Source: Vicinamibacteria bacterium (GTDB lineage: Bacteria > Acidobacteriota > Vicinamibacteria > Marinacidobacterales > Marinacidobacteraceae). From it: 64,000 nt of DNA. The stretch lies in NCBI GenBank assembly GCA_964291235.2, contig OZ219816.1:224001-288000 (forward strand). Reading direction: 5' to 3'. A model generated the notes under the pieces. That model worked only from the letters and a program-made list of their open reading frames with translations, had not been told where the DNA came from and searched no databases. The position numbers and the translations under genes were made by a program. Below, piece by piece: positions 1 to 9,121 of the stretch (within the stretch, counting starts at the first letter, position 1; every line of letters starts with the position of its first letter).

Positions 1-6
1 CGCCAG

Positions 7-150
7 AGCTACTAGTTCAGCCCCCAAAGGCCGGCTCCAGCTACTAGTAGCAACCCAGCCGAATCCCCTTCAGCTACTAGTCGCAGCCCGGCGACCCGCT
101 CCAGCTACTAGTAGCAATCCAGCCGAATTCCTTTCGGCTACTAGTTGCAG
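7..150. repeat. Phased array of five (A/G)GCTACTAGT cores, period 31-33 bp
   Basis: Cores start at 7, 39, 72, 103 and 136. Copies 2 and 4 form the perfect palindrome GCTACTAGTAGC. The array may continue left of the window. Confidence 0.85.
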
Positions 151-234
151 CCGGCCGACTTCGACTGTCACGAACGACGTAAAGAACTGTAACTCTAAAA
201 GCCCTATATTGTTTGGCTTACATTCAACCGTCAC

Positions 235-1256
235 GTGCCCGCTCCCCTCAGTCTGTTCGACCCGCCAGAAGAGAAGCCACCCGGACTCGACGCCCTCCGC
301 GCGTGGCTGCGAAAGCCTCGACCACGGCTTCGGGGCGTCTGGCTGTGGGTCCGCTTGGTCCTCTCGGGGATCGCAAAGGGATTTCGGTTCCTCAAGAAGC
401 ATTGGCCCGCAGCACGCGAGGGGATCCACAAGCTCGCGGTCGAGAGTGAGAAGGTCGCGCGCGGGGCGATCCGGGTCGGCTACGCCGCCGCGACTTCGGC
501 GGAGGCGTCGTGCGCAGCACGCGAGCCTTGCGAGGGGACGACGGAAAGGTCAGCGGAACCACGGCGAAGGTTCGGCAAGTGGGCCGAGCGGTGCGGGGCT
601 TCGGCGGCCGGTTGACCGAGGGAGGCGCCGGAGCAGCGGCGGCGCTCTCCAGCCTGGCCCGACTGTTCCCCGCCGCGGGCAAACAGGAAGCGAGCGGACT
701 CGGCCTGCTGGACCCACCCGAGGACAGCGAGCCCGGACTCCCCGAGCCTCCGCTGCGACCCCACCACAAACCGGCGGAACCGGATCGCCCGGACCGGCCT
801 TCCAGCCCCGAGGCGCCGCGACCGGCACTCCCGCGGATCCCATCGGAACGACGCTCCGAGCGTCCGGCAGAAACCACGAAACCCGAGACACCGAACGAGC
901 CACCCGCGGCGGCGGCTCCCAAACAGGACCGAGAAGCCCGCTTCAAGGGTCTCCCGGAGTTGTTCATCCCCGAGGCAGCCGCTACGGATGCTCGGCCCCA
1001 CCCGGAAGCTCTGCGCGTACTGATCCTCGACATCTGCCGTGAGCGCGACTGGACCACTCCGGGCGAGCTCGCGCGCTGGTTCGACATGCACCGGCGCAGC
1101 CTCTCCAACCGCTACATCCGCCCGCTCGTGGAGGCCGGCCTGCTGGAGCGGCGCTATCCGGACCGCCCGAACTCTCCCAAGCAGGCGTACCGGACCCGGC
1201 GCGACACGGCGCCGCCGCATCCCGGCACCGTTCCTCCCGCGGCCGCAAAGAGCTGA
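235..1256 (+). CDS. Hypothetical protein with amphipathic N-terminus, Pro-rich linker and C-terminal winged-HTH (Fic-C-terminal-like); apparent frameshift near 500
   Basis: ORFs 235-615 and 510-1256 appear to join. The C-terminus (TPGELARWF...YIRPLVEAGLLERRYPDRPNSPKQAY) is typical of HTH tails of Fic/ATP-binding proteins. Confidence 0.55.
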
Positions 1257-1425
1257 CGCGCCGACCACGAAGTCCATGCACATCGTCGCCGGGGACCTCG
1301 GCCTCGAACACCTCTGGGTCGTCTATCCGGGGGAGCTGGAGTACCCGCTGGGTGACGGGATCACCGCCCTGCCGCTCGCGAGGGTTGCGGGCCTGCCCCT
1401 GTCGCACCCGGACCAGGCCCGGTGA
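1246..1425 (+). pseudogene. 3' remnant of an AAA/DUF4143 ATPase-nuclease gene
   Basis: RADAPTTKSMHIVAGDLGLEHLWVVYPGELEYPL aligns with the C-terminus of 37649-38806 ([35 protein letters not shown]). No 5' part is present. Confidence 0.8.
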
Positions 1426-1482
1426 CAGTCAGCATCCAAAGTCACGGTTCTTTCGACTCGTCGGCCGCATCGCCTCCCGGAA

Positions 1483-1535
1483 CGGCGAAGTAAACCTTCG
1501 CCGCCGCCAGCAACGACGGGTCGAGGAACAGGTCC
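1483..1535 (-). pseudogene. 53-bp diverged fragment of the amidohydrolase gene (copy of 4236-4288)
   Basis: 45/53 identical by hand. Encodes DLFLDPSLLAAAKVYFA versus DLFLNPSLVAAAKDYFA. Confidence 0.85.
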
Positions 1536-2767
1536 TACAGCACCCGCCACCAGGGCGCGGCGAGCACATCGGACGCGACCCAGGAAACCTCGGTTCCTCC
1601 GTGCAGCAGCAGCCCGGGCCGCGCCATCTCGCCGTACTCTGCCTGGAACACCCGCAAACCCGCGGCGTCCCGGAACCGCGGGGTGGTGGTCGCCTTGACT
1701 TCGATAGGCAGCAGCCGGTCCCCGGCTTCCACTACGAAGTCCACTTCCTCGCCCAGCGTGGTGCGCCAATGGAAGACCTCGGCCCGTCCCCGGCCGGCGG
1801 GCCGGGCATCGCGCCAGGCGAGCAGGTCGCCCAGCACGATGTTCTCCAGATGGGCGCCCGAGGGTTCGCCGCCGCTCAGGTGGAGCGCCAGTCCGCCATC
1901 GCACCAAAAGACCTTCGGCGACTTCATGAGCCGCTTCGTGCGGTTCACGCTGTACGCCGGGACGGGGACGAACAGATACGAAGTCTCCAGGAGGTTGAGC
2001 CACCGCCGCACCGTCGGTTGCGGCAACGCGGCGTCCCGCCCCATCCCGGTGTGGTTGGCGAGCTGACCGAGGCGCAGACTGGCGATGCGCATCAACCGCC
2101 GGAAGTCCGGCAGTGCGGTGATTCGGGCCAGCGCCCTCAAGTCGCGCTCGAGGTAGGTGCGCTCGTACCCCTCGAACCAGTCGGCGCGAGTTTCCGGGTC
2201 GTCGAGGTGGAGCGCCGGGGTCGGAAAGCCTCCGCGCCGCGCCAGGCGACGCCAGTCGGCAGGGCGGTCGGGTTGCGAGGCGACCAGTTCCCGCCATTCG
2301 CCCGCGGCCGTAGCGAGGAGGTCTTCCCAGATGCCGCAGCGCCCGCATCCCTCCGTCTCGCCCCGGGTCATGGGCCAGAGCGCGACGTAGCCGGCGCGCC
2401 CCGCGAGCGATTCCGAGACCTGCCGCATGAGCAGCAGGTCGGCGGAGCCCGTGAGAAGAAATTTCCCCGGCCGCCGGTCCGTGTCCACTGCGCGCTTGAC
2501 TGCGAGCAGCAGATCGGGCGCGCGCTGCACCTCGTCGAGAGTGATCGGTCCGCCGCCCGCGAAAAGTGCCCGCGGGTCGCGTCGTGCGGTGTCGAGAGTG
2601 TCGAAGTCGTCCAGCGACCGGTAGTTCCGCGTCCCGCCCCCGATCTCCTGGGCGAGCGTGCTCTTCCCGGTCTGCCGGGCTCCCGTCAGGACCGCGACGG
2701 GCATGGCGGACAGCACCCGCCGCAGGCGCTCCGCCGCCAGTCGGGGAAGGGATGCACGGTCAGTCAT
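1535..2767 (-). CDS. AAA_14 ATPase with DUF4143 and C-terminal PD-(D/E)XK-like domain
   Basis: Walker A GARQTGKST, Walker B ITLDEVQ, LTGS, GGFP, KSPKVFWCD, EVDFV...IEVK. Confidence 0.9.
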   Translation of the reverse strand: MTDRASLPRLAAERLRRVLSAMPVAVLTGARQTGKSTLAQEIGGGTRNYRSLDDFDTLDTARRDPRALFAGGGPITLDEVQRAPDLLLAVKRAVDTDRRPGKFLLTGSADLLLMRQVSESLAGRAGYVALWPMTRGETEGCGRCGIWEDLLATAAGEWRELVASQPDRPADWRRLARRGGFPTPALHLDDPETRADWFEGYERTYLERDLRALARITALPDFRRLMRIASLRLGQLANHTGMGRDAALPQPTVRRWLNLLETSYLFVPVPAYSVNRTKRLMKSPKVFWCDGGLALHLSGGEPSGAHLENIVLGDLLAWRDARPAGRGRAEVFHWRTTLGEEVDFVVEAGDRLLPIEVKATTTPRFRDAAGLRVFQAEYGEMARPGLLLHGGTEVSWVASDVLAAPWWRVL

Positions 2768-2771
2768 GTGG

Positions 2772-2788
2772 TGAATGATATTCATTCA
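2772..2788. promoter_or_regulatory. AT-rich palindrome directly upstream of the ATPase start
   Basis: TGAATGA-tat-TCATTCA. Confidence 0.5.
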
Positions 2789-2892
2789 TGACGTGGCTTT
2801 CGAACGCACAACGACATTTCCCCGACGGGCAAGGGCGATGTCGTTGGGCATCGGAAGGGGCCGTCTCGTCCTGGATCTTTATTTTAGGTAAT

Positions 2893-2904
2893 ACTTATAT
2901 AAGT
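2893..2904. promoter_or_regulatory. Probable ArsR-family operator
   Basis: Perfect palindrome ACTTATATAAGT in an AT-rich patch upstream of the SRPBCC-ArsR pair. Confidence 0.6.
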
Positions 2905-2932
2905 TCATTCTTGAATCTTTGGGGAGAACATC

Positions 2933-3574
2933 ATGGTTTTCGATGTCGAAGGACACCTCGGCGCGGTCGAGCGCTCGGTGGTATCGCTGGAGCGCGACGG
3001 GCGATCCGCTCGTGCGCTCACTCTTTCCCGCAGCTACCCGACGACGGTTGAGGACCTGTGGGACGCAGTGACGAACGGCGAGCGCATTCCGCGCTGGTTC
3101 CTGCCGATCCGCGGGGAACTCGAACCGGGGGGACGCTTCCAGTTCGAAGGGAATGCCGGGGGCAAGATCACCGCGTGTGAACCGCCCGCCCGTCTTGCGC
3201 TCACCTGGGAGTGGGGCGGGGACGTCAGTTGGGTCGAGGTGCGCATCTCGGACGACGGCGCCGGCGGCGCGCGGCTGGCCCTCACCCACACCGTGCTCCT
3301 TTCGGACCAATGGCGTGAGTTCGGGCCCGGGGCGACCGGCCTCGGCTGGGAGGGCGGGCTCCTGGGGCTCGCGATGTATCTCGCCCAGCCGGATGCGCCG
3401 AAGCCCGACGAAGCCGCGTTCACCGCTTCCCCCGATGGCAAGGCCTTCTACACCGGCAGCAGCGCGGCGTGGGGGGAAGCGGCCGTGGCGGCCGAAACGG
3501 ACCCCGAAGCGGCGCGCGCGGCGGCGCGTCGCGTCGCTCGGTTCTTCACCGGGGAACCCGGCGAGCCCGCCTGA
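2933..3574 (+). CDS. SRPBCC (Aha1-like) domain protein
   Basis: EDLWDAVTNGERIPRWF, ITACEPPARLALTWE, GPGATGLGWE; coupled to an ArsR gene. Confidence 0.85.
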   Translation: MVFDVEGHLGAVERSVVSLERDGRSARALTLSRSYPTTVEDLWDAVTNGERIPRWFLPIRGELEPGGRFQFEGNAGGKITACEPPARLALTWEWGGDVSWVEVRISDDGAGGARLALTHTVLLSDQWREFGPGATGLGWEGGLLGLAMYLAQPDAPKPDEAAFTASPDGKAFYTGSSAAWGEAAVAAETDPEAARAAARRVARFFTGEPGEPA

Positions 3575-3900
3575 TGCACGCGTTCGAGGTGCTCCGCGAC
3601 CCGGTCCGGCGGCGCATCCTCGAGCTCCTCGCCGACGGAGACCACGCCGCCGGCGCCATCGCGGAGGTCATCCGGCGCGAGTTCGGCATCACGCAGGCTG
3701 CGGTGTCGCAGCACCTCAAGGTCATGCGTGACAGCGGCTTCGCGACGGTGCGCAACGACGGCGCCCGGCGCCTCTACGCCGTGGACGCGGATCCGCTGAA
3801 GGATGTGGCCGCGTGGCTGGAGCGGTTCCGCCGGCTGTGGGAGCCGACGCTCGATGCGCTGGCGACCGAGGTCGCGAGAGGCAAGCGAAGACGGACGTAA
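3574..3900 (+). CDS. ArsR/SmtB family transcriptional regulator
   Basis: FEVLRDPVRRRILELL...ITQAAVSQHLKVMRDSGF. ATG overlaps the upstream stop. Confidence 0.9.
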   Translation: MHAFEVLRDPVRRRILELLADGDHAAGAIAEVIRREFGITQAAVSQHLKVMRDSGFATVRNDGARRLYAVDADPLKDVAAWLERFRRLWEPTLDALATEVARGKRRRT

Positions 3901-4047
3901 TCCGGAACGAGCCGCTCAGCTCTCACCGGCCGACAGCGCGTTCAGCTCGGACCCAACCCCGCCTTAGTGGCCTGGCATCGCCCCGAAGTCTTCCCGGGAG
4001 AACCGCGGACGAGTTGACCGGCGCCGATTGCCGGCAGCCGCCAGGCG

Positions 4048-5628
4048 TCAGTTCTCCTGCCGGACCGTCGGGTACTCGATCCCCAACTGCTCCAGATAGC
4101 TGTCATACCGCTCCGGGTCGTAGTAGAACGGCCGCATGGCCTCTCGGAAGGAGTCCATCCGCTCCTTGTTCAGATGGATGGCTGGAGGGTCGTCATCGCT
4201 GATCAGCGGGCTGTACTGGTGCTCGGCGGTCTGTCCGGCGAAGTAGTCCTTCGCCGCCGCGACCAGTGACGGATTGAGGAACAGGTCCATCAGGGTCATC
4301 GCAATCACGCGCGCCCCGGCGGTCACGCCCTTGTGGGCGATGGGGGTCGCCATAGCCACCGCGTTCGCCCAGTGGTGGCCCGGGCCGCCCGGGATGTTCG
4401 CCGGGTAGCGCATGGTGACGGTGGGGACCTTCCAGGAGATATCCCCGATGTCGTCGGAGAAACCCCCGAGCCGGGGCTCGGGCGCCGGCCCGCCCATCTG
4501 GCCGAGTTCCATGGCGAGACCGCGCTCTTCGACCCCCAGCTCGCGCTGGAGACCGCGGGCGAGCGTCTGGTCGGCCTCGCTCCACTCCGGGAGCCCCACC
4601 CGCTCGATGTTGGCCCACAGCGCCTCGGCGACCGGCTTGTTGAAGTGGCGCGGATACGCGTGGCCCAGGATGCGCCACGACGCCTTGGTCGAGGTCATCG
4701 CGGCCGCCGCCTCGGCCATCGTGTTGCCGAGCTCGTAGAGCTCCTTCATGTGCGGCTGGTCGAGTTCGCGGAAGTAGTACCAAACCGACGCGAGCTGGGG
4801 CACCACGTTGGGCTGATCGCCGCCGTTCGAGATCACGTAGTGCGAACGGTGCGGCAGGCGCAGGTGCTCGCGCTTGACGTTCCAGGCCATGTTCATGATC
4901 TCGACGGCGTCGAGCGCGCTGCGGCCTCTCCACGGCGCCCCCGCGGAGTGCGCGGATTCGCCCTCGAACGTGTATTCCACGGACACGAGGCCGCTGCCCC
5001 TGCCCTGGCCCCAGCTCACCCCGAAGTCGGAGGCCACGTGGGTGAAGATGTTGATGTCGATGTCGTCGAAGTGGCCGGCGCGGATGAACCACGCCTTGGT
5101 GGCGAGCAGTTCCTCCGCGACTCCCGGCCAGATGACGATGGTCCCGGGGATCCCCTCGCGCTCCATGACCTCCTTGGCGGCAAGCGCTCCCACGATGATC
5201 ACCGCCTGACCCGAGTTGTGGCCCTCGCCGTGGCCGGGGGCGCCTTCGACGAGCGGGTCGAGATAGGCGACGCCGGGTTTTTGGGACGCCTTTGGGATGC
5301 CGTCGATGTCGCTGCCGAGCGCGATCACCGGCGAGCCCGAACCCCAGCGCGCCATCCAGGCGGTGGGGATGCCGGCGATCCCTTCCTCGATCTCGAAGCC
5401 GTTGTCGCGGAGCACGTCGGTCAGGTAGCGCGAGGTCTCGACCTCCTGGAAGCCGAGCTCCCCGAAGCTGAAGACGGAGTCCACGATCACCTGGGCCAGC
5501 TTGGCGCGCTCGGCGGCGCCCTGATCGGCGACCGGGCGGAGGGTTTCGAGGTTCTGGGCGGCTGCAGGGGCGACGGCGAACGCCAGCAGGAGTCCCAAAA
5601 GGACGGTGCGTCTGATGAACTGGGACAT
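4048..5628 (-). CDS. Secreted amidohydrolase, peptidase M20/AbgB-like
   Basis: Signal peptide; ELGFQE, GHGEGHN, GVAEE, AHSAGAPWRGRSALDA, SDDIGDISW. Confidence 0.9.
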   Translation of the reverse strand: MSQFIRRTVLLGLLLAFAVAPAAAQNLETLRPVADQGAAERAKLAQVIVDSVFSFGELGFQEVETSRYLTDVLRDNGFEIEEGIAGIPTAWMARWGSGSPVIALGSDIDGIPKASQKPGVAYLDPLVEGAPGHGEGHNSGQAVIIVGALAAKEVMEREGIPGTIVIWPGVAEELLATKAWFIRAGHFDDIDINIFTHVASDFGVSWGQGRGSGLVSVEYTFEGESAHSAGAPWRGRSALDAVEIMNMAWNVKREHLRLPHRSHYVISNGGDQPNVVPQLASVWYYFRELDQPHMKELYELGNTMAEAAAAMTSTKASWRILGHAYPRHFNKPVAEALWANIERVGLPEWSEADQTLARGLQRELGVEERGLAMELGQMGGPAPEPRLGGFSDDIGDISWKVPTVTMRYPANIPGGPGHHWANAVAMATPIAHKGVTAGARVIAMTLMDLFLNPSLVAAAKDYFAGQTAEHQYSPLISDDDPPAIHLNKERMDSFREAMRPFYYDPERYDSYLEQLGIEYPTVRQEN

Positions 5629-5742
5629 GGGAACCTCCCGTCGGGAGCCTGACCCCCGGCGGGCGATTCTACGGGGGTGGGGGACGGCGGCTCCGCCGCG
5701 ACAGCCGGGAGCGACACGCGGTTTCGCCCGCTGCGCGGGCGA

Positions 5743-5849
5743 TGCCGGTCTGGAGACCGGCGCTCCAAGCCCCTGCGCCGTGCGCGGGAGCGGCTATACG
5801 CGATTCCGCTCTCAGTAGGACACGCGCTCGAGTTCCTCCAGATACCCGA
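5743..5849 (-). repeat. Copy of the last 38 bp of the S9 peptidase gene plus its downstream REP-containing flank
   Basis: Aligns with 18862-18966. Encodes GYLEELERVSY* versus GYLEELKGVSH*. Confidence 0.8.
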
Positions 5850-5901
5850 AGCGTTTGAGCGCCGCGAAACGGGTGCGGCCAGCAATACGATTGCCGACAC
5901 G

Positions 5902-6324
5902 ATGAACACCAAGAAGCTGATCTTGGGAACCGCCGCCTATACGGTCTGCACGTTCTCGCTCGCCGTGGGCTGGCATGTGCTGCTCTTCCGGGAGCGATAC
6001 GAATCGTTCGGCTACTTCGAAGGGGAGCCGGACTTTCTGCTCGGTCTGCTGACGATCGTGCTCCAGGGCGTCTTGCTCTCCGCCCTGTTTCCGATGCTGA
6101 AGGCCGAGGGAACCCCGTTGCGGCGGGGGATCCGGTTCGCTCTCATTACCGGCGCCTTCTTCTGGACCTCGCACGTGCTCGCCTTCGTCGCCAAGCAGCA
6201 AGTGCCGGGAGTAGCAACGTTCGTCGGGATGGAAACGGCCTATCTGGTGCTCCAATTCGGGCTGTTCGGCCTGATCATCGGCGCCATCCACGGTGGAGGG
6301 ATTCGGCAAGCGCGTGCCGGCTGA
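5902..6324 (+). CDS. Small four-TM membrane protein
   Basis: MNTKKLILGTAAYTVCTF...; four hydrophobic segments. Confidence 0.75.
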   Translation: MNTKKLILGTAAYTVCTFSLAVGWHVLLFRERYESFGYFEGEPDFLLGLLTIVLQGVLLSALFPMLKAEGTPLRRGIRFALITGAFFWTSHVLAFVAKQQVPGVATFVGMETAYLVLQFGLFGLIIGAIHGGGIRQARAG

Positions 6325-6354
6325 AGCCGGCGGTCCAAGCCTGCGCGCCGCCTT

Positions 6355-6568
6355 TCAGTGCGACACGCCCTCGAGTTCCTCCAGGTACCCGACCCCCGGC
6401 AGCTCGGTGTCCTTTCCCAGGAGATAGAAGTCGAAGAACGCCTTCATGTCGGCGAGCATCTCCATCCTGTTCTCGAAGCCCCTGACGTAGAAGTTCTCGC
6501 CCGCGTAGGCCCTTGTAGCGGGCGGGCTTGTAGAGGCGCCGCAGCTCCCGGAAGAATCCGGTCATCTG
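6355..6568 (-). pseudogene. Displaced 3' end (~70 codons) of the S9 peptidase gene
   Basis: Matches 18929-19141 with about 14 substitutions and 1 indel (~93%), largely synonymous. Confidence 0.92.
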
Positions 6569-6699
6569 GTGGCGGGGAGGTTCACGACGCTCGAAATTGA
6601 TCGCGTGGTTCAAGCATCGAAGGCCCGTCGGTATCATCGGGAACCGATGGTCGGCCAAGGCCGAAGCCGTCCGTAGCACCACAAACGAGGACAGTCGCA

Positions 6700-8106
6700 G
6701 TGAAAACAAGAACATCGGACAGAGGCGAGAATGGCGACCCGAGTGGCCATCGCGCCGCGCTTTTTCCGGCGCTTTCGGAAGGATCGAAGGAAAAGCGTGC
6801 CGTATCGATCCTACTCGCGTGCATGGAACAGGTGCCGGAATTCGCCAAGAGTCTGCTCCACGGGCAGGGGGTTCGATTCGGCAAGAAGAGCAGATTGCAG
6901 GCCTGGACTGAAGTCGGACCGGTCGGCAAGAAGGGTGGGGAGCGGCCGGACGGGAGAATAGAAGTCGAAAGCACACGCGGACAACGGTGGGTCGCCCTGC
7001 TTGAGGCAAAGATCGGCAAGGCCGTGCTGAATGACAGTCAGATCGCGGCCTATCTGGCCGAAAGCCGTTCCGTCCGCGCGAATGCGTTGATCACGATCTC
7101 AAACGAATTCGCAGTCCTCGCGAACCATCACCCGACGTACCGCGGAAAGACTCCCAAAGGCATCGCGCTGCTGCATTGGTCCTGGAGTTCAATCTTGACA
7201 AAGTGCCGTCTTCTGACGGACGGCGGCGAGATTGAGGATCGCGACCACCGCTGGGTCATCGCGCACCTAGTTCGGTTCCTCAGTCACCCGAGCACCGGCG
7301 TTGTCCGCTTCGACCGGATGCCGTCGAGCTGGAAGGAAACCGCCCGAGCAGTCTCCGCCGGCGCCGGAGTCAGGAAAGGCAGCGACGCAGCCCTGGAGGT
7401 CGCGGCGGGCTGGACCCAAGAAGCCCGGGACCTCGGACTGCAACTCACCCGTCTCCTTAAGCAGCCAGTACCCGTGAAGCTCAGCCGCCTGGAACGCGAA
7501 GATCCAAGGGCATTCATGAACCGGGTGTTGGACGGACTCTGCAACAACCAGGTGCTGGAGGTGGAATACCTGATTCCCGACGGTGTGTCAGGGCTTACCG
7601 TCCGGGCGGATCTCAGAGCTAAGACCCTCACGACCAGCATGACGGTGGGGGCCCCGGAAGACCGCAAGACCGCCAAGGCGCGTGTCAATTGGCTGCTGCG
7701 TCAACTCGTCAAGACAGAAGAAGAAGAGAGTGTCCACGTCAAAGCCGTCTACGGGCGAAGGGAGGACATCCAGCACTCACTGGCCGCGGTGCGGGAGAAC
7801 CCGGAGGCAATAACCAAGGATGATGTGAAGATTTGCCCGAGAAGGTTCGAGGTGAAACTGATCGGTGAACTCGGGCGAAAGATGGAGAGCCCAAAGTCCT
7901 TCATTCAGGCGCTCGAGAAACACGTCCCCGACTTCTACACGGAAGTGGGGCAGCACCTGCGACCTTGGGTGCCCAGCGCGCCAAGGGTCGCCTCTGAGCC
8001 CAAACAGGCTGCAGAGAAGCAGGGAGGGACTGAGGCTGCGACTTCGAAGCCCGAAGACACGGACACAGGAAGGGCTGGAATGGACGAGCAACAGCCTCAT
8101 CCCTAG
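6700..8106 (+). CDS. PD-(D/E)XK nuclease-superfamily protein
   Basis: RPDGRIEV...WVALLEAKIG motif in a 468-aa ORF. Confidence 0.65.
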   Translation: MKTRTSDRGENGDPSGHRAALFPALSEGSKEKRAVSILLACMEQVPEFAKSLLHGQGVRFGKKSRLQAWTEVGPVGKKGGERPDGRIEVESTRGQRWVALLEAKIGKAVLNDSQIAAYLAESRSVRANALITISNEFAVLANHHPTYRGKTPKGIALLHWSWSSILTKCRLLTDGGEIEDRDHRWVIAHLVRFLSHPSTGVVRFDRMPSSWKETARAVSAGAGVRKGSDAALEVAAGWTQEARDLGLQLTRLLKQPVPVKLSRLEREDPRAFMNRVLDGLCNNQVLEVEYLIPDGVSGLTVRADLRAKTLTTSMTVGAPEDRKTAKARVNWLLRQLVKTEEEESVHVKAVYGRREDIQHSLAAVRENPEAITKDDVKICPRRFEVKLIGELGRKMESPKSFIQALEKHVPDFYTEVGQHLRPWVPSAPRVASEPKQAAEKQGGTEAATSKPEDTDTGRAGMDEQQPHP

Positions 8107-8300
8107 TGGCGCTCGGACCAGTCCTGTTGGAGGCGTCGCCCAGAACGCCGAAAGGCTGGCAACCGGGCGATTTCGGGTCCTGCCGGTCCCGACGGCGGTA
8201 TCGCCCTCACCCCCAGTTTCGATGGACCCGATCCGGAGCTAACTCCCTAGCCTAAACAGTGGCAGACTTGGGGCTAGGCCAAGGTGAGCGCAGGCGATAG

Positions 8301-8663
8301 TCAGCCGATCTTATCGACCCGTCGCGTCTTCGGGTTCAACCTCCAACCGAAGTGTGTGAGTTTCACGTAGTCGTCCGCCCTGGCCTCTTCTCGTATCTTC
8401 TCTCGGACGACTACCACCAGACCCTTGTCTTCCAGTTCAGCCACTACGCGATGAGTCGTCTTGATTTCGATGCTTCCAGACAGGCACAGCAGCCTGCGGC
8501 CTTTGTCGGCCAATGTTGGTGAATCGATGAAGACGCCATTGTCCGTGGTGTCTGACTGCATCCGTTCGAGTACAGCCTTGGCACCGTCTGACAAGGGAAG
8601 TGGTCGAAACTTCCTCCAGAGGTAGTACAGAGCACGAAACGCCAGTCCAATCGCAGCGTCCAC
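8301..8663 (-). CDS. Hypothetical protein with N-terminal hydrophobic segment and wHTH-like C-terminus
   Basis: 120-aa ORF; LSDGAKAVL...VAELEDKGLV...KLTHFG pattern. Confidence 0.5.
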   Translation of the reverse strand: MDAAIGLAFRALYYLWRKFRPLPLSDGAKAVLERMQSDTTDNGVFIDSPTLADKGRRLLCLSGSIEIKTTHRVVAELEDKGLVVVVREKIREEARADDYVKLTHFGWRLNPKTRRVDKIG

Positions 8664-8994
8664 TCTTCACTCCCCCCTTCCGAATTCCGAGGATTCTGAC
8701 TCCTCGCCCTTCTCGTCCTGGTCGGAGGGGGCGTCAGTGGGGGTGGCGGTCATTGGGGTGGTTTCGATGGGAGAAATCACATCACGCCAGAGTGACAGGA
8801 ACTGCCATCCCGGCCCAGCCGTCTGATTGCCGCCCATGATTGCAAAACCGGGAGCACCGTGGACGGCAGAGGCGTTGCCGGTTCGCGCCCTATCCAGCCC
8901 CACAGCTATACGCGCTCCGCGGCCCTGCGGACCGCAATCACCACGTTCCATCTGATTCCGTGCAGATCCGTTGTGTGCTCCTAAATCTGCACTA

Positions 8995-9007
8995 TATCAA
9001 CGGCTTA
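8995..9007 (+). promoter_or_regulatory. IHF-consensus site upstream of the integrase
   Basis: TATCAACGGCTTA matches WATCAANNNNTTR exactly. Confidence 0.65.
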
Positions 9008-9121
9008 TCGTGCTACAATGTTCCATCCGAGGACGATCATAACCCGCTCGTTCCCGCCATTTATCTGATATCCACTTGGTAGTTGTAGGAACCGACAACC
9101 CTCCTCAGGAACGAAAAAGCC

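Noticed and set aside
7-150. CRISPR array
   Set aside because: The constant part is only about 10 bp, spacers recur in alternation, and there are no cas genes.
8664-8840. In-frame TGA upstream of the 8301-8663 ORF as readthrough or selenocysteine
   Set aside because: No supporting motif or SECIS-like evidence. It could be chance, decay or error.
8870-8905. tRNA-like 3' end (GGTTCG...CCCCA) as integrase attL
   Set aside because: No proper T-arm or acceptor pairing, and no matching repeat at the other end.
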